Shown here in pieces: positions 19,750 to 30,129 of a DNA stretch of 64,000 bases (positions are counted from its first letter, which is position 1; each line of letters opens with the position of its first letter). Position numbers and translations under genes: made by a program. The DNA comes from an uncultured Eubacteriales bacterium. Its GTDB lineage: Bacteria; Actinomycetota; Coriobacteriia; Anaerosomatales; PHET01. The notes beneath the pieces were generated by a model that saw nothing but the letters and a program-made list of their open reading frames with translations, had not been told where the DNA came from and made no database searches. The stretch is from positions 36 through 64,035 of the forward strand of contig CAZCRB010000002.1 of assembly GCA_964500985.1 (NCBI GenBank), written 5' to 3'.

Positions 19750-20361
19750 TCACGCCACCCCGAGACGGCCGAGGATGACCTCGAGGCTGTCGGGGTCGGG
19801 CACGAAGAACAGCGCGGCCTCGACGATCGACCCCTCGTCGATGAAGGAGGTCCGCACGAGCACCGCCTCGTCACCGCCCATCTCGACCTCCGAGACGACG
19901 GCCTCCAGCAGCGCCCCGGCCATGTCGAAAGACAGCGACGGCGCGGAGGGGAGCACGTCGAGGTCGGCCATGCGCGCGATCGCCGCCAAGTATGCGGAGA
20001 TGAGGATCGAGGCGGTGTGCCTGAGCAGCGCCTCCTCCTCGTGGCCGAGCGACTGCGCGGTGCCCACCGGGCGACCGTGCAGCAGGTCGGTCAGCGCCAA
20101 CGCACCGTGTCGATCGGTCATGAACAGCACGCCACCCGAGATGTCACCGAGCAGACGAGAGTAGACGGCGCCAACCAGTCGCTCGGGCCCGCCGAACACG
20201 TAGGGCACACGAGAGAACTCGAGCACTTCGATGCGGGGCACCTCGAGCGCGATCGGCCTGTCCACCAACTGCGACAGCGCGGTGGCGGCGTGGCCCGCGC
20301 CGATCCCGCCGACCTCGCGCAACGCGTCGAGCTGAAGCGCGCTCAGGGCATCGAGCCTCAT
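19750..20361 (-). CDS. cheC: CheY-P phosphatase CheC
   Basis: DALREVGGIGAGHAATALSQL; ATGA overlap with the cheA stop. Confidence 0.9.
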   Translation of the reverse strand: MRLDALSALQLDALREVGGIGAGHAATALSQLVDRPIALEVPRIEVLEFSRVPYVFGGPERLVGAVYSRLLGDISGGVLFMTDRHGALALTDLLHGRPVGTAQSLGHEEEALLRHTASILISAYLAAIARMADLDVLPSAPSLSFDMAGALLEAVVSEVEMGGDEAVLVRTSFIDEGSIVEAALFFVPDPDSLEVILGRLGVA

Positions 20362-22349
20362 ACGATCCACTCCTCGGAAGAGAAGATGGTGCGCGGGTCC
20401 AGGATCAGCATCACGCGGCCGTCCCCAAGGATCGTGGCGCCGCTGAAGCCGCGCGTATCGCGCAGGAGATTGGAGAGCGGCTTGACGACGATCTCGCTGC
20501 GTCCGAGCAGCGCGTCGACGTGCAGGGACTGGATCTCGCCCCCGGACTCGATCAACACGATGCTCGAGCGCGGGTCGGGCAGGGCGTGCGGATCGCTCCC
20601 GAACAACAACGCATCAAGCCGCCTGAGCGGCACGACGGCCCCATCGCGCAGAATCAGCACCAGCGCGCCGTCGACGGTGTCGATCACCGCCTCGGACGCG
20701 AGGAACACCTCGTCGACCGCGGACAGCGGCAGCGCGAACGTCTGGCCGCAGGACTCGACGAGGAGTGCCTGGACGATGGCCAGCGTGAGTGGGAGGCGCA
20801 AGATGAAGTCGGTTCCCTGCCCGAGTCGTGACCGGATCTGGAGGGTGCCGCCGAGGTGCTCGATCTTGCCCTTCACGACATCCATCCCGACGCCACGACC
20901 GGACACCTTCGTGGTGACCTCCGCCGTCGAGAACCCGGGGACGCACGTGAACAACAGGATGTCGCCGTCGTCGTAGTCGGGCCGGTCCCCCGCCTCGACC
21001 AGACCGGTCTTGACGGCTTTGGCCCACACCTTGTCGATATCGATGCCGCGCCCGTCGTCGCTCACGACGATGGCCACGTGATCGCGTTCGCGATTCGCGG
21101 ACAGCAAGATGCGCCCTGCGGGAGGCTTGCCGTGGGCCGCGCGATCATCGGCGGGCTCGATGCCGTGATCGATACTGTTGCGCAGGAGGTGCACGAGCGG
21201 ATCACCGATCTCGTCGAGTACCGTCCTGTCGAGCTCGATGTCGAGCCCGCGCATCTCGAACTCGACCTGTTTGCCCAGATCGAGGGCGAGGTCCCTGACC
21301 ATGCGGGGGAACCGGTTGAAGATGTTGCCGACCGGCACCATGCGGGTCTGCATGACCTCGTACTGCAGGTCCGTCGATATCCGGTGAAGATCGTCGACCG
21401 TCTCGGACAGCTGGGGGTCGGAGCGCTCGTCTGCGATGCGGTTGAGCCTTGAGCGCAGGATGACCAACTCGCCGACCAGGTCGACGAGCGTGTCGAGATG
21501 GCCGATGGCCACGCGCACCGTCTGCGTCTGGGAAAGCTTGGGCAGGTCACGCGTGCGCCGCGCCGGCAGGCGGCGCTGCGAGGAGTCCTCATCTCCCGCT
21601 TCTTGGTCGGAGGCGCTGCGCTTGACGATCGCGACCTCGACGCTTTCGACTTCGCTGACGTGTGCGGCCGCCTCCCGGACAGCCTCGACCGACGAGGCCG
21701 TGTCCAAGACCACCTCGAAGTCGCGACCGAACTGCTCGTCCTCGATCTCCTGTGCGGATGGCCGGGTCTCCACGACCCGCCCGAGGAAGGCCAGCCTCTT
21801 GAGAACCATGTAGGCGCGCACGGACTTCAGGACCGACGCCTCCTCTATGGTCACCTTGAGGAGCATGCGGTCCGACCCGTCGCTGAGCTCGGGCTCGTCC
21901 TCGGTGGTCGCATCGGACGGCACCGACAGCGGTGCGTCGACCGCAGGATCCGCGACGGGCGACGTGCCGGCGTCCGCGCCGAACGACTCCAGCGCGCCGA
22001 TCATCTCCGACGGGTCGATGTCGTTTCGCGCGTTGGACTCGTCGTCGATCAGGTCACGCACGAGGTCGACGGCGACGAGCATCAGCTCCACGGCCTCGCG
22101 CGACGCGGCGAGTTCGCCACGCCGGACGCGATCCATGAACGTCTCCATCTTGTGCGTCAGATCGGCGCTGCGCTCGTAGCCCATCGCCGCCGACATCCCC
22201 TTGAGGGAGTGCGCGCCGCGAAACACCGCTTCGACTGGGGCGGCGTCTCCCGGCTCCGACTCGAGCGCGAGCAGCGCGTCGGTGATCTGCTGAAGGTAAT
22301 CGCCGCTCTCGGCGAGGAAGACGTCGCGGTAGGCGTCCATCTCTCCCAT
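20358..22349 (-). CDS. cheA: Chemotaxis histidine kinase CheA
   Basis: FRGAHSLKGMS Hpt, P2 domain, LVHLLRNSIDHGIE, GRGVGMDVV, CheW-like C-terminus. Confidence 0.96.
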   Translation of the reverse strand: MGEMDAYRDVFLAESGDYLQQITDALLALESEPGDAAPVEAVFRGAHSLKGMSAAMGYERSADLTHKMETFMDRVRRGELAASREAVELMLVAVDLVRDLIDDESNARNDIDPSEMIGALESFGADAGTSPVADPAVDAPLSVPSDATTEDEPELSDGSDRMLLKVTIEEASVLKSVRAYMVLKRLAFLGRVVETRPSAQEIEDEQFGRDFEVVLDTASSVEAVREAAAHVSEVESVEVAIVKRSASDQEAGDEDSSQRRLPARRTRDLPKLSQTQTVRVAIGHLDTLVDLVGELVILRSRLNRIADERSDPQLSETVDDLHRISTDLQYEVMQTRMVPVGNIFNRFPRMVRDLALDLGKQVEFEMRGLDIELDRTVLDEIGDPLVHLLRNSIDHGIEPADDRAAHGKPPAGRILLSANRERDHVAIVVSDDGRGIDIDKVWAKAVKTGLVEAGDRPDYDDGDILLFTCVPGFSTAEVTTKVSGRGVGMDVVKGKIEHLGGTLQIRSRLGQGTDFILRLPLTLAIVQALLVESCGQTFALPLSAVDEVFLASEAVIDTVDGALVLILRDGAVVPLRRLDALLFGSDPHALPDPRSSIVLIESGGEIQSLHVDALLGRSEIVVKPLSNLLRDTRGFSGATILGDGRVMLILDPRTIFSSEEWIV

Positions 22350-23431
22350 CAGGATCCGCCTCCCGACTCGGTCTTTGCGCGAACGGAGCGCCGTATCTCG
22401 GCGGCGACGAGTCCGACCGAGACAACACGCGAAGCCGCGCCGAGTCGCATCGCCGTGCCCGGCATGCCCCACACCACACTGGTCTTCTCGTCCTGGACCA
22501 CCGTGTCCCCGCCGGCCAGCCTGATCGCCTGTGCCCCACGGGCCCCGTCGCAACCCATGCCGGTCAACACGACGCCCACCGATGAGGCCGCGCACGTCTC
22601 GGCGACGCTCTCGAACAGCAGGTCGGCCGCCGGCTTGACGCCGTGCATCGAGGGCTCGTCGCTGAACGCGATCTTGAGCGCGGTGCCGTGACGCTCCACG
22701 CGCATGTGCCGGCCGTGGGGCGCGATGTAGGCGTGCCCGGCACGGACCACCTCTCCGGCCGTCGCCTCGACGACCCGGATCTCGGATTCCGCGTCGATGC
22801 GCTTGGCCAACGATGCCGAAAAGCCCGCTGGCAGGTGCTGAACGACCAGGTACGCCGCCGACATGGAAGCGGGCAGTCCCGCGAACACCCGCTCGAGCGC
22901 AGGCGGGCCGCCCGTCGAGGCGGCGATGGCCACGATCACCGCAGGGGGCCCCTCCGGCGCCGCATCCGCCGTCAGTGACGGAAGCGCGTCGCGCCCGGTC
23001 GGACCCTGCTCTTGCATCGAGGCGAGCCGCTCGGGCGTGATGCGGTTGGCGGTCTTGATCTTCTTGAGCAACACGTCGGTGAGCTCGGTGATCGACCCGG
23101 CCATGCCGGCATGGGGCTTGGGAAGGAAGTCGACCGCGCCCAGCGCCAACGCGCGATACGTCGTGTCGGGGTCGTCGAGCGAGGAGAGCATCACGACACG
23201 CGCGTGAGAATGCTTCCGAATGTGTGGCAACGCCTCGAGCCCGCTGAGTTCGGGCATCTCGATGTCGAGCGTGATGACGTCGGGCTCCAGGTCCCGGGCC
23301 TTCTCGATCGCCTCAACGCCGGTCTTGCCGGTGCCCACGACCATGATGCGCGGGTCCATCGACAGGGCGCGCGTCAGCATCTGCCGTATCAGGGCAGAGT
23401 CGTCGACCACAAGCACCCGGATCTCGCGCAC
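22349..23431 (-). CDS. cheB: Chemotaxis methylesterase CheB (REC + esterase)
   Basis: VLVVDDS, DVITLDIEMP, AASTGGP, QHLP and VVLTGMGCDGA motifs. Confidence 0.95.
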   Translation of the reverse strand: MREIRVLVVDDSALIRQMLTRALSMDPRIMVVGTGKTGVEAIEKARDLEPDVITLDIEMPELSGLEALPHIRKHSHARVVMLSSLDDPDTTYRALALGAVDFLPKPHAGMAGSITELTDVLLKKIKTANRITPERLASMQEQGPTGRDALPSLTADAAPEGPPAVIVAIAASTGGPPALERVFAGLPASMSAAYLVVQHLPAGFSASLAKRIDAESEIRVVEATAGEVVRAGHAYIAPHGRHMRVERHGTALKIAFSDEPSMHGVKPAADLLFESVAETCAASSVGVVLTGMGCDGARGAQAIRLAGGDTVVQDEKTSVVWGMPGTAMRLGAASRVVSVGLVAAEIRRSVRAKTESGGGS

Positions 23432-23442
23432 GCGGCCCTCCG

Positions 23443-23814
23443 TCACCCGGCGTTGGCCTGGAGGCACTTCTTCACGGTCTCGAGCACCTTCGTCGGCTGG
23501 AACGGCTTGACGAGGAAGTCGAGTGCACCCGCCTCGAGCGCCTCGACGATCATCTTCTGCTGGCCCATGGCGCTCACCATGAGAACCCGCGCCTCGGTGT
23601 CCGCGTCGCGGATGGCGCGCAGGGCGGTGATGCCGTCCATCTCGGGCATGGTTATGTCCATGGTGACCAGGTCGGGCTGCAGCTCCGAGTACTTCTCGAC
23701 GGCATCCCGGCCGTTGACGGCCTCGTGGATGACGTAGCCCTCACGGGCGAGAATGTCGCGGATCATCATGCGCATGAAGGCTGCGTCGTCGACGACGAGG
23801 ATCGTCTTAGACAT
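23443..23814 (-). CDS. cheY: Response regulator CheY
   Basis: ILVVDDAAFMRMMIRDIL..MDITMPEMDG..FLVKPF. Confidence 0.95.
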   Translation of the reverse strand: MSKTILVVDDAAFMRMMIRDILAREGYVIHEAVNGRDAVEKYSELQPDLVTMDITMPEMDGITALRAIRDADTEARVLMVSAMGQQKMIVEALEAGALDFLVKPFQPTKVLETVKKCLQANAG

Positions 23815-24298
23815 CCAAGGCCCCTTCCTCGCTGGCATCGGTCGATAGTGCGGGGGCGTACTCGCGGCGCGGGACCGCCTCGTCAAGGTCGAGAAGTATC
23901 ACGAGGTCACCATCGCGCTCCACGACGCCGGTGAACGCGCGCGCCGTCTCGCCGGAGAGCACACCCTCTGGGACAGGCCGAACGGAGTCGATCGGGAACT
24001 CGGCGACCTCGCTCGCGGAGTCGACCGCGAGCCCCACCGGCCCCGCCTGCCCCTCGGCGACGACGATCCGTGACATGGGGCCGGGCTCGAACGCGGCGCG
24101 CGTGAAGCGCTTGCGCAGGTCGACGATCGGGATGACGCGGCCCCTCAGATTCACCACGCCAAGGACCGCCTCCGGGGAGCGCGGCACGGGCGTGGCCTCC
24201 TCGTAGCGGATGATTCCGCTGACGGTCGCCACGGGAAGGCCGTACTCTTCATCTCCGAGCCGGAACAGGACGTAGCTCGCCGAGACGCGGTCGCTCAC
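23807..24298 (-). CDS. cheW: Coupling protein CheW
   Basis: FRLGDEEYGL..GVVNLRGRVIPIVDL. Confidence 0.95.
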   Translation of the reverse strand: MSDRVSASYVLFRLGDEEYGLPVATVSGIIRYEEATPVPRSPEAVLGVVNLRGRVIPIVDLRKRFTRAAFEPGPMSRIVVAEGQAGPVGLAVDSASEVAEFPIDSVRPVPEGVLSGETARAFTGVVERDGDLVILLDLDEAVPRREYAPALSTDASEEGALDV

Positions 24299-24307
24299 GA
24301 CACCCTC

Positions 24308-25624
24308 CTACTCGACCTTGAATCGGTGAACGGTGTCGTCGAGTCGCTGCGCCATGTCCGCCAGGTCCTGAGCCGACGCGGTGATCTCCTGCATGCACGC
24401 CGTCTGCTCTTCGGCCGCGGCGGCCGTCTCCTCGGCCGAGGCCGCGTTCTGCTCGACCACGGCTGCGATCTCGTGCATCGCGCGGTCCACTTCGAAGGTG
24501 CGCTGGGCCTGCTGGCCCATCGAGTTCGCGATCGTCGCGGCGAGTGCCGAGGTGCGCGAGACCGCGTCGGTGATGGCCCGCAACGACTCGTTGGTGCGGC
24601 CCACGACCTCGCTTCCGACCTCAACCTCACGCGTTCCGATCTCCATGTAGCGCACGGCCTTGGCGGTCTCGGCCTGGACCTCCTTGATGAGCTCGCCGAT
24701 CTGCTCGGCGGCACGTCCCGAGCCCTCGGCGAGCTTGCGGACCTCTTCAGCGACGACCGAGAACCCGCGTCCCGACTCGCCGGCGCGCGCGGCCTCGATC
24801 GCGGCGTTGAGGGACAGCAGGTTCGTCTGGTCGGCGATCTGGGTGATCACGTCGACGATCCCACCGATCTGCTCGCTGCGCTTCCCGAGCACCTCGACCG
24901 ACTCGGCGAGCGTCTCGATGGCCTGCTGGACCTCGCCGATCTTGACGATGGCCTGCTCGGTGGCCTCCTCGCCCCTGCGTGCGAGCGAGCCAGCCTCCTC
25001 GGTGGTCTTGACCGCCTCGCTGGCCTGCACCGCCACTTGCTCGGTCGTCGCCGCGATCAGCGCCATCGAGCGGCTCGTGTCGTCTACCTTGCGCGACTGC
25101 AGCTCGGCTCCATGCGCGATCTGTTGGACCGAAGAGGAAATCTCGATCGTTGAGGAATTGATCTCCTCGGACGAAGCGCTCAGCTCGGACGCGGCCGCCG
25201 AGACGGACTCGGCGGACCGACGCACCGACGACGCGATGTCGGAGAGGGACGAGATAAGGGCGTTGCATTCGGTCGCCAGCGCGCCGATCTCGTCGTTGTG
25301 GTGAACCTCGGCGCGGACCATGAGGTCGCCCTGCCCGGCCTCGACCATGACGCCGCCGAGGTCACGCAGCGGCCGCAGGATCCGCTTCTTGAACTGCACG
25401 CGCCACAGCCACGTGCCGACCGGCGCCATGAGGAGCATGGCTACAGCCCCGAACGCGATGACCGGCAACATCTCGGACCACGAAAGCTTCAGGTACCACT
25501 CAGCGAAGAACGCCGTGACGACCAGACCGAACATCACGGCGGGTCCGATCGCAACCCACGTGAGCACCGTGAAGATGAACGACAAGCCACCTCGCATTGA
25601 GCTGTGACGATGCTCCTGAGCCAT
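24308..25624 (-). CDS. Methyl-accepting chemotaxis protein (2 TM + HAMP)
   Basis: HAMP (RPLRDL..DEIGALA) and [21 protein letters not shown] hairpin. Confidence 0.95.
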   Translation of the reverse strand: MAQEHRHSSMRGGLSFIFTVLTWVAIGPAVMFGLVVTAFFAEWYLKLSWSEMLPVIAFGAVAMLLMAPVGTWLWRVQFKKRILRPLRDLGGVMVEAGQGDLMVRAEVHHNDEIGALATECNALISSLSDIASSVRRSAESVSAAASELSASSEEINSSTIEISSSVQQIAHGAELQSRKVDDTSRSMALIAATTEQVAVQASEAVKTTEEAGSLARRGEEATEQAIVKIGEVQQAIETLAESVEVLGKRSEQIGGIVDVITQIADQTNLLSLNAAIEAARAGESGRGFSVVAEEVRKLAEGSGRAAEQIGELIKEVQAETAKAVRYMEIGTREVEVGSEVVGRTNESLRAITDAVSRTSALAATIANSMGQQAQRTFEVDRAMHEIAAVVEQNAASAEETAAAAEEQTACMQEITASAQDLADMAQRLDDTVHRFKVE

Positions 25625-25666
25625 CGAACGACGCTCCTTCCTTGCGTTTCGCTCGACCGGACGGCG

Positions 25667-26512
25667 CTACGGCCGCACGGGCTTTCGGTATATCCGTTCC
25701 TTGCCGTCGATCGCCTCGAATGCGATCGCCGCTTCCGGCGACAGCTTCTCGCTGCGCCCCAACACCAAGTAGCCACCGCGGTTCAGTGACCGGTAGAAGT
25801 TGTCAAGAACGCGCGCCTGCTGCGCGCGATCGAAGTAGATGAACACGTTGCGGCACATCACGAGGTCGATCACGCGCAGAGGGGCCTCGTCGAACAGGCT
25901 CCTCTGCTGGAAGCGCACGAGCTTCCTGACCTCGGGAACGATCTCGAATGTGCCGGGTCCCGCCATCCGAGTGAATCGTACCTGATAACCGGGTGCGATG
26001 CGCTTGAGCATGGCCGAGTCGTACACGCCCCGTTCGGCCTTGGCGAGCGCCTCCGGGTCGAGGTCGGTCGCCGTGACCGAGATGAGGAAGCGTGGGGCCT
26101 CCGGGCCGAGGGCATCGAGCAGCGCCATGGCGATCGAGTACGGCTCCTCGCCGGTCGCACAGCCGGCCGACCATATCCTGATGGTGCGGTTGCGCCCGGT
26201 GCGCTTGGCCTCGATCAGCGGCGGCAGCACGTTGCGCTTGATCTGGTCCCAGACGACCTTGTCCCTGAAGAACTCGGTCACGTTGATGGTGAGCGTGTCG
26301 AGCAGCTGTGCGTACTCGCCACTGTCCTGATCCAGCCGATCGGCGTACTGCCGGTACGAATGGAGCTCCAGCACGCGCATGCGAGCGGCGATTCGGCGCT
26401 CAAGGTAGGCGCGCCGATAGAGGCCGAGATCGATGCCGCGCGCGTCGTTGACCCGCGAGATCAGCTTATCGATGTTGCCGCGATACAGCTGCGAGCCAGA
26501 CGCGTCCGGCAA
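25667..26512 (-). CDS. cheR: Chemotaxis methyltransferase CheR
   Basis: TINVTEFFRD, IWSAGCATGEEPYS and CRNVFIYF motifs; TTG start after a purine-rich RBS. Confidence 0.95.
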   Translation of the reverse strand: MPDASGSQLYRGNIDKLISRVNDARGIDLGLYRRAYLERRIAARMRVLELHSYRQYADRLDQDSGEYAQLLDTLTINVTEFFRDKVVWDQIKRNVLPPLIEAKRTGRNRTIRIWSAGCATGEEPYSIAMALLDALGPEAPRFLISVTATDLDPEALAKAERGVYDSAMLKRIAPGYQVRFTRMAGPGTFEIVPEVRKLVRFQQRSLFDEAPLRVIDLVMCRNVFIYFDRAQQARVLDNFYRSLNRGGYLVLGRSEKLSPEAAIAFEAIDGKERIYRKPVRP

Positions 26513-26624
26513 TCCCTCTCCCCCTGTCAGAGCCAGCACGCCGACCCGAGCGGGTGACGAGCGCACTTCAGTCTATATAATAGTACGCAGAGCGTCGTTG
26601 CGAGCACCCCTCGGAGGTACGCAA

Positions 26625-27680
26625 GTGAGTTCATCCACAGTGACCCGTACCGCGCTCTCCGTGGTCTTGGCGGTCGCGTTGCTCGCTGCCTCCGCCACGA
26701 TGGCGTGGGCCGCGGCCTTCGACTTCCAGGCACGCTCGACGGTGCCCGCCGGCGTCACCATCGCCGGCACCGACCTCTCAGGCATGTCCGAGGCTCAGGC
26801 GCGCAGCGCCATCGAGTCCGCGGTCTCCTCGCCGGTCATGCGCCCCGTCGCCGTCACGGCAGACGGGAAGCAGTTCACGTTCGACCCGCGAGGCGCCGTG
26901 ACCGTCGACGTCGACGCCATGCTCGGCGAGGCGTTCGCGCCGCGGCGCAAGGCAGCCCTCGTCGCGCGCCTGCGCAGCGACGTGGCCGGTACGCCGCTCA
27001 CCACCGAGGTCGAGCCCCGCTACAGCGTCGACGCGACCGCACTGGCCGAGTGGCTGTCCGGCGTCGCCAAACAAGTCGACCGGCGCGCGGTCAACGCGTC
27101 GCTGACCGTCGAGAACAGCGCGGTGCGCATCGTTCCCGAAGCGTCGGGGCGCAAGACCGACCCGGATGGCGCGGCCAAGGCGCTCGCCGCCGCGTTCGCA
27201 GGTCAGGCGGCGCTTGCCGATACGACGCGCACCGTCGTGTTGCCCGTAGCGGAAGTCGCGCCCAAGGTGAAAGCGTCGAGCTTCGGCAAGACCATCGTCG
27301 TGGACCTCTCCGAGCGCAAGATCCGGCTCTTCAACGGTGCCACCCTCGAGAAGACCTACCGGTGCGCAATCGGAACACCCGATCACCCCACCCCGGCCGG
27401 GCACTTCGAGATCGTCCAGAAGCGCTACATGCCGACATGGATGAACCCGGGCAGCGAGTGGGCCAAGAGCATGCCCAAGTCCATCCCGCCGGGGCCGACG
27501 AACCCGCTGGGCACGCGGGCGCTCAACCTGAGCGCGTCGGGGATACGGTTCCACGGCACGACGAACATCGGGTCGGTCGGAACGGCCGCGAGCCACGGCT
27601 GCATGCGCATGGTGCGCGGCGACATCGAGGACCTCTACGATCGCGTCGAGGTCGGGACGCAGGTCTACATCGTCAGGTAG
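26625..27680 (+). CDS. L,D-transpeptidase (YkuD) with PG_binding_4-type domain
   Basis: Signal peptide; GIRFHGT..ASHGCMRM catalytic motif; GGAGG RBS before GTG 26625. Confidence 0.92.
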   Translation: MSSSTVTRTALSVVLAVALLAASATMAWAAAFDFQARSTVPAGVTIAGTDLSGMSEAQARSAIESAVSSPVMRPVAVTADGKQFTFDPRGAVTVDVDAMLGEAFAPRRKAALVARLRSDVAGTPLTTEVEPRYSVDATALAEWLSGVAKQVDRRAVNASLTVENSAVRIVPEASGRKTDPDGAAKALAAAFAGQAALADTTRTVVLPVAEVAPKVKASSFGKTIVVDLSERKIRLFNGATLEKTYRCAIGTPDHPTPAGHFEIVQKRYMPTWMNPGSEWAKSMPKSIPPGPTNPLGTRALNLSASGIRFHGTTNIGSVGTAASHGCMRMVRGDIEDLYDRVEVGTQVYIVR

Positions 27681-27694
27681 ACCGTCATGGTCGG

Positions 27695-29275
27695 CTAGCG
27701 CGCGACGACGGTCCGATCGAGGGCCGCGCTGACGTTGCCGAGCGCATCGGCGAACGAACCCGCAGGTGCCTGCACGCGGACCTGACGCCCCGTGACCAGC
27801 TTGCTGGTACGCAACCGGACGGTCGTGCCGTCCGTGCTGAGCGAGACACCCCTGAGCAGCGCTCCCTTGACCACGAAGTCACCGGCGGTGACGGTGCCGG
27901 CGCTCAGGGCCTCAGAGAACCTCACGTCGATGGCGTATGCACTGACTTGGCGGATGTGGATGGCTGAGGGGCCCTTGGTGTCGAGGGTGAACGAACGCGT
28001 GGCGGCCTGGCTCGAGTTGCCCGCCGCATCCCGCGTGATCGCGCTGACGGTGACCGGGGAGAGCTCACCCTTCGGCGTGACCCAGGAGTACGACCACGTG
28101 GCGAGCGTCGGACTCGCGCCAGCCGTCAGGGAAGCCACCGACGACTGCCAGGAGCTCCCGTTCCAGTACGCACCGTCCGCGTCACGGCGGACTCGAACCG
28201 TCACCGACTGGATCGCCGTTGCCGGGTCGACCGAAGCGGTGCCCGTAATCTGCACGGCACTCGGCCCGCCGACTGTCGCGGCAGCTGCCGGAGCGGTCAC
28301 CGCCGCAGTCGGCTGAGTGAGCCGAGCGGGCACCGACGCAGACGTCACCTCGACGGCTCGCCCGTACCCGGTCGTGGCGTCCCACACCTGCACCGCGTAG
28401 CGATACGCGGTGCCGCCCGGAGCCGTGGTGTCGACGAACGACACCGTCGCGGCCTGGTCGACGATCCTGGCCGGGGTGATCTCGGACCAAGTGGAGGTGC
28501 CTTGCGGCGCGCGGTACACGCGGTAGCCGATGGTGCGCTCCTCCATCACGGTGCTCGCCACGGCGCGGTAAGGCCGCAGCCACGACACCGTGACGTCACT
28601 GCCGGAGACCGCCGTCGCGAGCGAGCGCACGGGCCCGTACTTCCAGCCCTGTATCGCGACGTCGTCGAGCGTGACCCCCTCGCCCTCCGTCGGCGAGCCG
28701 AAGTTCTCGTACTGGTCGAACCACTTGAACACGACGTCACCGGCGGTCCGGGACAGCGACGAGAAGCGCGGGTCTGCGGTGAGGTCGTACTCGAGCCGGC
28801 TCCAGCCGTTGAGGGTGGTCAGCGGGAGCCCGCTGATCGTGGAGCTCGTCGGAACGCTCTTGGCCGACCACTCGACGCCAAAGGAGTTCGCGTCGGATAC
28901 GCCGAGGCTCGGCATCGTGTAGTAGAACACCAGCGAGGACTCGTAGTAGTCGGCGGCCTGCGACAGGTCGAACGTCGCATAGCCCTTCGAGTCGGCTGCG
29001 TAGTAGGGCCAAGTGGTGCCGTTGGTACCCGAACACCACAGGCCGTTGAGCCCTGAGCGCTTGCGCTTGGCGGAAGGCGCCCACCACGCCGTGCTCGCCG
29101 GGATGCCGCCGATGGGTGACGTGAAGTACGTGGGTGTCGTGCCCGACTCGAAGCCCTCACTGATGAAGGTGGCCGGGGAGGTCGTGGGGCCGGCCGCGAA
29201 AGCCGGTGTCACGCCCAGTGAGACGACGAGTACGGTGGCGACCGCGGTCCTGAGGATCCGATGCATCTCGCTCAA
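27695..29275 (-). CDS. Secreted multidomain surface protein (jelly-roll/MAM-like, FN3, Ig-like, SbsA-Ig-like)
   Basis: Signal peptide; EGFESG..LDDVAI jelly-roll; FN3 (VTVSW..GYRVYR..YRYAVQ); TLDTKGP Ig boundary; Thr/Ala-rich. Confidence 0.7.
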   Translation of the reverse strand: MSEMHRILRTAVATVLVVSLGVTPAFAAGPTTSPATFISEGFESGTTPTYFTSPIGGIPASTAWWAPSAKRKRSGLNGLWCSGTNGTTWPYYAADSKGYATFDLSQAADYYESSLVFYYTMPSLGVSDANSFGVEWSAKSVPTSSTISGLPLTTLNGWSRLEYDLTADPRFSSLSRTAGDVVFKWFDQYENFGSPTEGEGVTLDDVAIQGWKYGPVRSLATAVSGSDVTVSWLRPYRAVASTVMEERTIGYRVYRAPQGTSTWSEITPARIVDQAATVSFVDTTAPGGTAYRYAVQVWDATTGYGRAVEVTSASVPARLTQPTAAVTAPAAAATVGGPSAVQITGTASVDPATAIQSVTVRVRRDADGAYWNGSSWQSSVASLTAGASPTLATWSYSWVTPKGELSPVTVSAITRDAAGNSSQAATRSFTLDTKGPSAIHIRQVSAYAIDVRFSEALSAGTVTAGDFVVKGALLRGVSLSTDGTTVRLRTSKLVTGRQVRVQAPAGSFADALGNVSAALDRTVVAR

Positions 29276-29279
29276 CTCC

Positions 29280-30074
29280 CTAGCGCGCGGCTGGCAAGGT
29301 GGCCGCCACGTCGAGGGCGTGCTGTTTCAGTTCGGCCGCGGAGACGCCCGGCTGAGCGGTCGCAATCACTTCGAACGCATACCGGCCGCGCGAGAACGCC
29401 ACGACGGCGACGCGAACACCGTCGGTGCCGAAGTACGCGTCCGGCACGACCCCCACAGCGACTTTCGCGCCGTCTTGCGCGTATGCCTCGCCGTCCACCT
29501 TGGTCACGAACTCCTTGGCGGCGGCGGCAGAACCCCGGTCGTGGGCGTTCACGATCACGCGAACGACCTGCCGAGAAGGCGCCGTCCGCGCCTCGGGCTC
29601 GAAGGTCACCAGCGCGTCTTTACCCTCGACGACCACGCTACCCGCCGACCAGCCCGTGATGGCGGCAGGCAGGAGAGCCGCGAGCTTGATCTCCTTGAGA
29701 TAGGCATCCTGCGAAGGCTGCGTACTGGGCTTCGCCGGCGGCTTGGCGCCTGCGTCGGCGTTCGCCTTCTCGGCCTCGTCGATCCGGTCGAGCACCGTGC
29801 GCGCCGCAGCGTTGGCCGCGTCGAGCTTGAGTGCCTGCTGGGCAAGCTGGCGGGCAGCGGCGGTGTCCTCACGCGAGGCGGCCGCCTGTGCGTCGGCAGC
29901 CAGCCCCTGCGCCTGCAGCTCAGCCGACTGCGCTGTGTTCTGAGCGGGCTCGTCGGCCGACTTTGGCGACGAGACGGCCGCCACGACGAAGATGACCACT
30001 GCGAGAGCGACGACCGCGGCGGTGAGCCACAGGACCCGCTTCACGCCCGGGGTCAAAACGGTGCCCTTACCCAT
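29280..30074 (-). CDS. Membrane-anchored hypothetical protein (TPR-like helix, Pro/Lys linker, conserved C-terminal domain)
   Basis: N-terminal TM; C-terminal YFGTDGVRVAVVAF shared with 42767..43603. Confidence 0.75.
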   Translation of the reverse strand: MGKGTVLTPGVKRVLWLTAAVVALAVVIFVVAAVSSPKSADEPAQNTAQSAELQAQGLAADAQAAASREDTAAARQLAQQALKLDAANAAARTVLDRIDEAEKANADAGAKPPAKPSTQPSQDAYLKEIKLAALLPAAITGWSAGSVVVEGKDALVTFEPEARTAPSRQVVRVIVNAHDRGSAAAAKEFVTKVDGEAYAQDGAKVAVGVVPDAYFGTDGVRVAVVAFSRGRYAFEVIATAQPGVSAAELKQHALDVAATLPAAR

Positions 30075-30129
30075 GTCCTACCTCCATACCATGCCCGCGT
30101 GTGGTGTTCCGGCCACCCGCGCGCATCGT

